The translations under genes and the position numbers were made by a program. Under the pieces are notes generated by a model. The model had not been told where the DNA came from. It saw nothing but the letters and a program-made list of their open reading frames with translations, and did not search any database. From Myxococcales bacterium (GTDB lineage Bacteria; Myxococcota; B64-G9), in contig JAAZNF010000113.1 in the NCBI GenBank assembly GCA_012798435.1, positions 24,979 through 88,978 of the forward strand: DNA of 64,000 nt. Reading direction: 5' to 3'. Below, piece by piece: positions 26,101 to 31,685 of the stretch (positions are counted from its first letter, which is position 1; each line of letters begins with the position of its first letter).

Positions 26101-27157
26101 TTTCGAGCAACTCCGGGAGATGGAGCCCTTGCGGGTGGATCATTTCCGGGCGCTGGCCCGGTTGGAATGGGCCCGCGGCGAACGCGATCGATCGTTGTGG
26201 TACTTCGGCGGGGTGCGGTTCTTGGCGCCGGTGGACGCCGAGGCGCGACGCCTGATCTCGGCGGCATCGCGATCGCTGCGGCCGGCGCGCCCGCTCAATC
26301 GCGGCGAGTGGGACGAGATCGTGCTCCATCCCGCGGCCAACAATCTGTTGCAGCGGGTGATGGCGGTGTTGGCGCCCTACCTCGAGCAGCTCTTCCCGGC
26401 CAACCTGGAGCGCTTCGGTGTGAAGGGGGACGACCTGGTGGATCGACACAACTTCCCCGAGGTCTACCAGGCCGTGGAGTACGCCCAGAACCTGGTGTCG
26501 GGACGCGCGCTGAACGTTTTCGTCATCGCGCAGGGCGGGTACCAGGCCTATCTGGATTGCGGTGGCACGCCGGCGCTGCTGGTGCCGCACGCGGTGGTCG
26601 AGCGGAGCACCGGACCGGAGCTCACCTTCTTCCTGGCGCGGGAGGTCGCGGCCATCGCCATGGGTTGCGTGCTGCCGCTACGTTTCTCGCCGGCCGATCG
26701 CATGCAGCTGCTTACCCTGTTGTGCCACCTGGCCAACCCGGATGCGCCGCCGCTGGCGCCGCTGCCAGCCACGGCGCCGCAGTACCTCCAGGCCATCCGC
26801 CAGGTGACGCCGCCCGAGATCCTGGAGATGCTCTCCCCCTTGCTGCGGCGGCTCTCGCTGGAGCTGTCCCCAGCGGGGGTTGAGCGTTGGCTCCAGGGCG
26901 TGCGGCACACCGCGGCCCGGGTGGCGCTCATCGCCTGCGGCGATCTCAACGCCGCCATGGCGGTCTCCGCCCGTGGCAGCGAGGCCGCCGGAGGTCGAGA
27001 GTTGGCCTTCATCCCCGACCGGGCGCTGCTCCTCGAGCGCGATCCGGCCATGCGCGAGCTGTTCGACTTCGCCTTCTCTCCGTCGTTCCTGCGCCTGCGG
27101 CAGGCGCTGGCGGAAGAAGGGCGGCCCCACAAAAAGTCCGCGCCGCCGAAGCCTTGA
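17150..27157 (+). CDS. Giant (about 3335 aa) tetratricopeptide-repeat protein with distinct non-TPR N- and C-terminal domains
   Basis: It is a single uninterrupted 10-kb ORF. The middle ~2800 aa carries dozens of TPR-like units (A-x-x-x-[YF]-x-x-[AV]L-x-x-x-P-x-x-x-x-A pattern, e.g. AIACAERILALDPDHQPTLRRL and AALLQYQRVLEEQPDHLHSLYRA). The N-terminal ~240 aa and C-terminal ~430 aa lack this pattern. Confidence 0.85.
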   Translation: MRMSEQDGKPYILPDPAEEGSARQGNSLGFDLEFSDGLAQVSLRDRKLAGGVVLERLRLEIPSVRFPFDVSGGAERFRHQRCRLLEMRLSLAEEDLESLLRGALDPARHGIREPRLSLAEGCGRLEGTFVSGEQATPFSLRFFVQSGAGLGIRVLLADIRFFGWVSEVPLMLAVRLAQALKPLSLRAVAPAVLELDPVSDLLRRLLPRHGWKIPDLTDARVLRAGIHRGRLLVVVRRPGLSAEAEPAVADEPTEILRQATSFAAQAEIFAEAERALAEGRLPVARALYLGRGSVEPAGELPARRLMEIALARPEHFADLEATVDDALRLQPGLVPALLARAVMLEKTGQARAAEAFRAVGEACAGRGERRDAVLALDRAAELWRSRDVEQAIACAERILALDPDHQPTLRRLLDLYSEAGRHYRAVRVGLRLLRLLAEPGEVAACHRRIGSLYLAHFDDPERARRHLEAALEYNPADLEALELLVRIQRDRGQAAHAAALLERVVELARQRQDPRCLQFRLEAARIWEEDLDDPAAALLQYQRVLEEQPDHLHSLYRAGALAARSGLWERAVEYLSRLLDLHQAGRPSPDEVITSSCLILGRGYLKLPGGATEARAFLDRAVELAPRDITVWNELEKLDREEQNHSDLLRVLEHKAELCDRPEEALGMVLEAARLAERAVADRGRAERLYRRVLELQPANEEALESLSLILREGRRSQELAELLERSAAGISDPHRAAQLWSELAKLRLAIDDEDGAVAALESALAREPGNARIRESLFLLLREPGREAAFVEQVGRLDAAVVDGNTLGALWQERAERQRVALHDAAGAFSSLQRALEFDPDRRPAWNLLAELAESAEQWPEARRALRRLMEFQEPVPPEESKALWKRLARVEHRLENREATIAALQELARLDPCDPSVDWLFELLRDENRFGDLAEAYQRRAMALSGEEAATFFTASAALLAEKLSRWDESAEAYRRAVDAAPESPAAPARLASLQRVLTGLQRFEAVAEVLRRRIERAAPRERPAMWLALGALREARLGDAPGAEECFGEALRGDPEYLPALLLLSRRAFERRDFEKVLELCGKALRVGAERGTLAGERRAAVALDAARAAWELERYPEARDRYWEYLECYAARQFQGATYESFERLELLLREVRDFDRLALLYRRWLGTGGTAERQAGLERSLALLLFDHLEQPEEAIRLLGQRVQASPQDQDAVRDYLRLLRESGRFETLAALLEEQADQAGDDRERLSRREELAEIYQLRLGRPQEAARHLRTLLQRGYTPARERLAAICRQEGWHAELIELLRDQADAVSDPSEAANLLLEAAQLSRDRLQDPSLARRCLERAWELSPRPEIALQLIELFGEGEEVERRLELLREAVQAAEDPEERRTCLLRYASLCGSRAEGRAEAIDALREAWDIHRDVSLAMQLQPLLEQAEDFAGVADLQEFLVDEAPDDAERAQRVHRLGLLYRDCLGSPERAEEAFAQATRWDPKAPEHWRELCALQWQRQAWKDFLGSSEALAELLESGRERGELLGRMALARLRSGQIWEEVRALAERASGEGDSADALWSELAQVAEQLERPADAAEALEALLQRNPPLQTGLLRRLLSLRLRASDDAGAVSACERLLDREPLDAAAVATLQNLYRRLGRHRELARLLSEQAERLAGDEAATAWLEAAASLDRAGDGAGAEQLLRRGLSLLPQHPGLQQRRIVLLRRLQALDELEEWLPQLPDAVLQQEEARGAVEELWQARRDQGDDEHRLARCRLVLRSLPEHAPALQLAAELSESLGQAEEAELYWQRLEPVVQEPDPALREKLDLKLAALDFARGRPEEAEQRLRRCLESRPDHPEARSLLHKIFTGARRFADQVELLLSEADRTVDPNERVEKWLLAAGLLERELGDPQGAIRVLRRVVGADPGSVDAWRRLAQLYRLVDEPANQHEAWLRIARLAPDSERLAALQKAARLAEEVLRDPLAARSTWESLLELDPRQREALDRLVELDRSEGRLEELADHLERRADLEDDPMRRRAWLWELAEVLGAGLGQERAAVAVLRRILEQDPDDNRCLDRLQQYLEKLEEWRSALDVSRRRLERAGSDGERLELLLHQAELHQARLQDVEGAIGVLRRAAALAADDPRPLKRLRALAARRKDDALLAEIYEEQSAREVAPDARRGWLRQAGLLWAGAARPKEAQQAFLRVLELFPEDAVSRMFLARLMGEDSATLPHLRWLLAHAELLPPQLEAQLLRRRLRLETELDLLERIGLLERLLRLAAADTAAWEELIRLYRRTSQRPALMTALARLAALQTGPAAADLWRERAELLLADGRVSEAAEALARAAAGEGEGAFGAAVKLAELRERTLRDPAGALQALEHALRLRADDAELLRWVFRLAAEEQRSETAMAAAERLASLATVPAEQAEWRTRQGQLLRDAGRLEEARASFEAALSLDPACALAQQGLEALLSERPEALWDFYLRRADQDGEGAQRVEWLLRAARLLEPADPRRAREVLQRVLSIDNGSAEAHERLARLLAQDGQWDELLQVLYRFRERVTETPRRVAIAFEMGEICREHLNDPVRAAVHFEYCLNIDPEHAGALEELAEIRYQQKSLPEAARLYRRLGERGLAAKRFLTAFRLGEAAEADGDSSEAREQYRRAIACNPTFLPARQNLCRLLEQEGDLEALASEIRDMISILPKEGFETLALELWRELGRTQRRMLRFEEAARCFHEVARRDPADREAVARLKDFYANRMRWEEAVAWARRELELDPRAEEAPQRWAFLGDLYAAKLKDSTRAEEAYRAALTLSPDNLEYRLALFDLLRQREAWAELRSEGAVLLQSPLDPAREAAMRQVLGRACLLQGERAEALEHLERVLALGRADQGLVQEIMELARAEGRHQRYASLYGQLLEWRIGAGLPVDEAVRLYRELAQIYWQNLHDLDRATACLRRALELKPRDAELLRALGTMYASDFESCQAALEVFEQLREMEPLRVDHFRALARLEWARGERDRSLWYFGGVRFLAPVDAEARRLISAASRSLRPARPLNRGEWDEIVLHPAANNLLQRVMAVLAPYLEQLFPANLERFGVKGDDLVDRHNFPEVYQAVEYAQNLVSGRALNVFVIAQGGYQAYLDCGGTPALLVPHAVVERSTGPELTFFLAREVAAIAMGCVLPLRFSPADRMQLLTLLCHLANPDAPPLAPLPATAPQYLQAIRQVTPPEILEMLSPLLRRLSLELSPAGVERWLQGVRHTAARVALIACGDLNAAMAVSARGSEAAGGRELAFIPDRALLLERDPAMRELFDFAFSPSFLRLRQALAEEGRPHKKSAPPKP

Positions 27158-27320
27158 ACCCGAATGGCTCTCCGGCGGCCACACTCCACGCCGCGCTTGT
27201 CTACCGATGGTCCCATGAATCCCACGGTCGATTCCGCAATAGGTGTTCACCTGGAGGAGGGGTTTTCGTGGAAAATGAAGGCACGGCACAAAAGGATGGG
27301 ACGAGGAACGGGGCCTGTGC

Positions 27321-28676
27321 TCACTCGCTGCGCTCGAGGATGATCATCTCCACCCGGCGGTTCATGCTGCGGCCCTTCTCGGTGGCGTTGGAGGCGATGG
27401 GGCGCGTCAGGCCGAAACCCTTGGCCACCAACCGATCGGGCTCGATGCCCTTTCCCACCAGGTAGGCGACGACGGCCTCGGCCCGCCGTTGGGACAAATT
27501 GAGGTTGTAAGGTGCCGAACCGACAGAGTCGGTGTGGCCTTCGATCTGTAGCTTGGTGATCTCCGGGTGCTGGCGCAGGGCGGCCACCACTTGATCGAGC
27601 AACGGGAAGGATTCCTTCTTGATGACGGCCTTGTTGGTCTCGAAGTGGATCTTCTCTCGGAGCTCGAAACTCTCCTGGCGCACCACCACCTTGACCTGGT
27701 TCTTGCTGGGGCAGCCGTCGTACTCGGGCTTGCCCTTCTGCTCGGGGCACTTGTCGATGCGATCGGGGATGCCGTCGCCGTCGCTGTCGGCCTCGGGGCA
27801 GCCCTGGTTCGAGGCCGGGCCAGGCTCCTTGGGACAGCGATCCTCGCGATCCTTCAGCCCGTCGCCGTCGCTGTCCTTGTCCACCGGGCACCCCTGGTTG
27901 GAGGCGGGCCCGGGTTCCTGCGGGCAGGCGTCCTCGCGGTCCACCACCCCGTCCGAGTCGGTGTCGGTTTCCGGGCAGCCCCGGTTGGACTCCGGCCCCC
28001 ATACGTCGGGGCACTTGTCTTGCGCGTCGGGGACGCCGTCGCCGTCCCGGTCCGCGGGCGGGCGGATCTCCTTCGCCTCGTTGAAGGAGAAGGTGTAGCG
28101 CACGGTGAAGAAAGCCGCCGCGGCAACATCGCCCCGGATGGGCATGATCAGGGCATTGGCCTCCACGCCCGCGGAGAAGTGGCGCAGGGCGGTGTACCAC
28201 TCCAGCGCGCCACCCACGATGAGCACGACGTCGCTTTTCCCTGCCACCTCGATGCCTTGCACCGTCTTGGGGCTGGCGGCCAGGTATCCGGCCCCGGCCT
28301 GTACCGAGGCGAAGAAGCGCTCGGTGGCGAGGAGCGCAAACTGGGCGCCGCCCCACACCGCGTTGTGGTCGAAGTCCATGGAGATGGTGGAGCCGCGGAG
28401 GTTCTGGTCGGTCGAGGAGTAATGGATGGTCATGAACCCGGCCTTCAGGCGGAACACGTCGGTGACATCCCAGCCGCCCTCCAGGCCCACCAGGACGCCG
28501 GGGACGGGATCGCCCGCCGGCGGATTGAAGTCCACCGCGCCGCCGAGGTGCAGGCCCAGGGTGAGGCCCTTCTCCACGGGGCGGATCACCTGGAAGCGGG
28601 GGGACTGCGCCTGCGCCGCCATGGGGGCGAACGACACCAGCCATCCCAGCCACCCGATGAGGAGCGGTCTTCCCAT
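27321..28676 (-). CDS. OmpA-family outer-membrane protein with thrombospondin type-3 repeats
   Basis: The start is set at MGRPLLIGWLGWLVSFAPMAAQA. The N-terminal region is beta-barrel-like. Four D-x-D-x-DG-x-x-D-x-x-D-x-CP repeats follow. The C-terminal OmpA domain shows GHTDSVGSAPYNLNLSQRRA. Confidence 0.85.
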   Translation of the reverse strand: MGRPLLIGWLGWLVSFAPMAAQAQSPRFQVIRPVEKGLTLGLHLGGAVDFNPPAGDPVPGVLVGLEGGWDVTDVFRLKAGFMTIHYSSTDQNLRGSTISMDFDHNAVWGGAQFALLATERFFASVQAGAGYLAASPKTVQGIEVAGKSDVVLIVGGALEWYTALRHFSAGVEANALIMPIRGDVAAAAFFTVRYTFSFNEAKEIRPPADRDGDGVPDAQDKCPDVWGPESNRGCPETDTDSDGVVDREDACPQEPGPASNQGCPVDKDSDGDGLKDREDRCPKEPGPASNQGCPEADSDGDGIPDRIDKCPEQKGKPEYDGCPSKNQVKVVVRQESFELREKIHFETNKAVIKKESFPLLDQVVAALRQHPEITKLQIEGHTDSVGSAPYNLNLSQRRAEAVVAYLVGKGIEPDRLVAKGFGLTRPIASNATEKGRSMNRRVEMIILERSE

Positions 28677-28855
28677 GAGCCTCCCGCTGCGCCAGCCAAC
28701 CGGTACCAGGGTACCCCAGCGCATTTGAAGGATCAACATTCTTGTCCCGCCGGAGGTTCGGTCGGGTCCGGGTTGCGCCGGGCGGCGGGTTGTGGCATTT
28801 TCATCGCCGGATGGTGGCCGCCGGAGGCTCCGGGCGGGAGAATGGGGATCGCGGC

Positions 28856-29173
28856 ATGGGTCGGGACAAGACGAGTCGGCGCCCTGAGAAGCCTCGGCCC
28901 GATCTTCAGGAGATCGTCGAAGTGCTGGCCGCGGCCTCGCTGCGCGGCTCGCTGCGGGAGGCGGAGCGTGCCCTGCTCAAGCGCTTTTTGCAGCGGGAGC
29001 CGAGACCACGCCCGGGGCGCCCGTCCCCGCTGGACGAGCGCTTCTGCCCGGTGTGCATGCTGCACTTGGGCGAGTCGCGGCCTGAGGTCTGCCCCGGGTG
29101 TGGCGTGGTGCTCGAGGTGGCCTGGGCCGAGAGGCGCCGACTGCTTCGGCGCCGAAAGAGCGTTGAGCCGTGA
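28856..29173 (+). CDS. Small zinc-ribbon protein (CPVC...CPGC)
   Basis: The internal ATG at 28856 gives a 105-aa basic protein with FCPVCMLHLGESRPEVCPGCG. Its stop overlaps the next gene's start (GTGA at 29170-29173), which suggests translational coupling. The start choice is uncertain. Confidence 0.4.
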   Translation: MGRDKTSRRPEKPRPDLQEIVEVLAAASLRGSLREAERALLKRFLQREPRPRPGRPSPLDERFCPVCMLHLGESRPEVCPGCGVVLEVAWAERRRLLRRRKSVEP

Positions 29174-31002
29174 GCGAGGCCCACCTGGAGATCATCGATC
29201 GGGTTGGCGAAGGGGATCTCTTCGAGATCTTCCTGGCCAGGCTGTGTACCGCGAGTGGAAAACATCTGGTCAGCGCGCGGCGGCTGCTGCGCCAGACGGT
29301 TTCCGCCCCGGAGTGCCTTACCGCGCTCCAGGCCGCCTCGGTGCAGGCACGGCGCATGCAGCACCCGCGCCTGCTCTCCCACCTGGGCTTTTTCCAGGCT
29401 GGCGAAGACCACTTCTGGGTGAGTGAGCGGCCCGAGGGCTACGATCTGTCCGCCGTGTCCAACCGCTTGCTGTCGCGCGAGGTGCGAATTTCACCCATCC
29501 GCAGCCTGCAGATGGGGCTCGACTTTTTGGAAGGGCTGGAGGCGCTGCACCTTGCGGGCGAATCCCACGGCGGCCTGGAGCCCGCCAACCTGGTGGTGGA
29601 CTTCGAGGGTGTGACCCGCCTCGACGGGATCGGGCTGGAGAGAGCGCTACTTGCGGTGAAGGCGCTCAAGCAGAAGACCCGCCGCGGCCGTGGCGACTTC
29701 CTGGCGCCGGAGGTGATGCAGGGGCGCAACCCCTCGCCGGCCTCGGACGTGTTCTCGGCGGCGGCCGTCCTCTACCTGTTGCTCACCGGGAATCCCCCCT
29801 TCGGCCGCAAGGAGCGCTCCGGCGTGCAGAGCGCGGTGCGGCACGTGGCCATCCAGCCGCCGTCCAAGGTCGAGCGCAGCCTGCCGTTCACCTGCGACGC
29901 GGTGTTTTTGCGCGCGCTCAACCTGTCCCCCAGCCAGCGCCACGAGAACGCCGCGGCCCTGCGCGGCGCGCTGGCGAGCCTGCGCGCGGCCATGTTGCAC
30001 GGCCCGGACGAGGGGCGGGACGGCGTGCGGGAGTTCTTGGACGCGGTGTTTCCCAACGAGGCGTTGATCCCGGGCCGCCGGGGGACCGGCCAGCGTCCCG
30101 CTCAGGGGGCGCCGATCCCGTTGTCCGGGGAAGTGACGTTTTCGGCATCGGAAGAGGAGAAGGTTCCTACCGCCACCGAACGCTCCCCCGTTTCCGAAGC
30201 CAAGCCGAGGGTGTCGCCGGCCCAGCCGGAGCCGGCGTTTCCTGCGCCGGTTTCCTCGCCGACCCCGCCTGCGCCGCCCGGCACCGCGCCGACACCCGAC
30301 GAACCATGGCTCGACGCGACACCGATCGCTGCGCCGCCAGCGCCCGCGGGAGAGAGCGAGCCCATCACGGCGGTCGGCATGCGCCCGGCCGTCGAGCCGC
30401 CTTGGACCGTCGAGAAGCCCGCGCTGGATGAGGCGCCGGATCCAGCGGCGGCGCCGGTGGTGGAGGCCCACGAAGACACCGACGAGGTGGCGCCGGTCCC
30501 GGCGCCCCAGCGGCCCGTGGGGCAAACGTCCCGGGCGAGCCCGGAGGCGCCGGGGGCCACGCGGGTGGATTGGCGGCGGGGGATCATCGTGCTCCTGTCG
30601 CTTGCGGTGCTGGGGCTCGTCGGCGTGCTCCTCTTCGGGACCGGCCGGAACGAGCCGGAGCGCCAGGAGACCCCGCTGGCGTTCCTCACCGTGGAGGCGT
30701 CCCAGCCGGTGCTGCTCTTGCTGGACGACGAGCTGCTCTCGGGCGACCATCCCGCGCGCCACCGCTTGCTGCGGATCGGCGAGCACCGCCTGACGGTGAA
30801 GACCCCCGAGGGTGTGCCCATCCTGGACCAGACCTTCACCATCAATCCGGGGGAGCACCGGGTGGTGGCCATCCCCGCCTATGCCGTGCCTCCGCCCCGG
30901 GTCCAGCCGAAGCCGCCCGAGAAGGCGCCGGACGTACCACCACCGCCGAAGCCCAAACCGCCCGTCCGGAAACCTCCCCGCAAGCGCTCCGGGGGGCGTT
31001 GA
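29170..31002 (+). CDS. Hanks-type kinase-fold protein predicted to be a pseudokinase, with Pro-rich linker, TM helix and C-terminal PEGA-like domain
   Basis: The kinase fold is recognisable (LAPEVMQG for APE, DVFSAAAVLYLLLTGNPPF). The catalytic motifs are degenerate. HRDLKPxN reads HGGLEPAN (29566-29589). The beta3 VAIK reads VSAR. DFG reads GIG in the alignment position. The TM helix is IIVLLSLAVLGLVGVLLF. The C-terminus has a PEGA-like HRLTVKTPEGVPILDQTFTINPGEH. Confidence 0.75.
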   Translation: MSEAHLEIIDRVGEGDLFEIFLARLCTASGKHLVSARRLLRQTVSAPECLTALQAASVQARRMQHPRLLSHLGFFQAGEDHFWVSERPEGYDLSAVSNRLLSREVRISPIRSLQMGLDFLEGLEALHLAGESHGGLEPANLVVDFEGVTRLDGIGLERALLAVKALKQKTRRGRGDFLAPEVMQGRNPSPASDVFSAAAVLYLLLTGNPPFGRKERSGVQSAVRHVAIQPPSKVERSLPFTCDAVFLRALNLSPSQRHENAAALRGALASLRAAMLHGPDEGRDGVREFLDAVFPNEALIPGRRGTGQRPAQGAPIPLSGEVTFSASEEEKVPTATERSPVSEAKPRVSPAQPEPAFPAPVSSPTPPAPPGTAPTPDEPWLDATPIAAPPAPAGESEPITAVGMRPAVEPPWTVEKPALDEAPDPAAAPVVEAHEDTDEVAPVPAPQRPVGQTSRASPEAPGATRVDWRRGIIVLLSLAVLGLVGVLLFGTGRNEPERQETPLAFLTVEASQPVLLLLDDELLSGDHPARHRLLRIGEHRLTVKTPEGVPILDQTFTINPGEHRVVAIPAYAVPPPRVQPKPPEKAPDVPPPPKPKPPVRKPPRKRSGGR

Positions 31003-31019
31003 GCCGCAGGAGGACGAAG

Positions 31020-31679
31020 GTGACGGAAGAACCGGTGGAAGTGGTGGTGGTGGAGGACGATCCCCGCACCCTGAAGACCCTGGTGCGCCTGCTGTCGTCC
31101 CTGCCCGAGCTGCGGGTGGTGGGCTCGGCCGTGACCGGCGAGGCCGCGCTGCAGATCGTCGAGGCCCTCACCCCGCGGCTGGTGTTGCTAGACCTCGAGC
31201 TCCCCGGCATCGACGGCATCGAGGTCACGCGCCGGATCCGCAGCACGCACGGGGACATCGAGGTGTTGATCCTCACCTCCTTCGAGGACGAGACCAAGGT
31301 GTACCAGGCCATCCAGGCCGGCGCCGGCGGCTACCTGGTGAAACGCGAGGCGGCCCGGCTCTTGCGCCAGGCCATCCAGGACGTGCTGGACGGCGGCACG
31401 GTCATCGAGCCCCGTCTGGCCAAGCGCTTCTGGAACTACTTCCAGAGCGTGCAGGGCGGCCGGGCCGAAGGTCAGGCCAACTCCCTGCTCAGCGATCTGG
31501 AGCGAGACATCTTGCAGATGGTGGCGCGGGGCCTCACCAACCAGGAGGCCGGCCGGGTGCTGGAGCTCGACCGGCGCACGGTGCGCACCCACCTGGCGCA
31601 CATCTACCGCAAGCTGGGCACCAGCTCCCGCTCCGAGGCGGTGGTGCTGGCGTTGCAGAAGGGCCTGATCAGTCTGTAG
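31020..31679 (+). CDS. NarL/FixJ-family response regulator (REC + LuxR-type HTH)
   Basis: GTG 31020 is preceded by GCAGGAGGA. REC residues are intact (EDD, LLDLELPG acceptor Asp, ILTSF, YLVK). The HTH is LTNQEAGRVLELDRRTVRTHLAHIYRKLG. Confidence 0.9.
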   Translation: MTEEPVEVVVVEDDPRTLKTLVRLLSSLPELRVVGSAVTGEAALQIVEALTPRLVLLDLELPGIDGIEVTRRIRSTHGDIEVLILTSFEDETKVYQAIQAGAGGYLVKREAARLLRQAIQDVLDGGTVIEPRLAKRFWNYFQSVQGGRAEGQANSLLSDLERDILQMVARGLTNQEAGRVLELDRRTVRTHLAHIYRKLGTSSRSEAVVLALQKGLISL

Positions 31680-31685
31680 GTCGGA

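Noticed and set aside
27158-27320. Possible small ORF or sRNA in the convergent gap between the TPR giant and the ompA-family gene (GGAGGAGG followed by GTG at about 27267).
   Set aside because: The putative ORF immediately runs antisense into the ompA-family gene and has no coding signature. No hairpin or terminator structure was evident.
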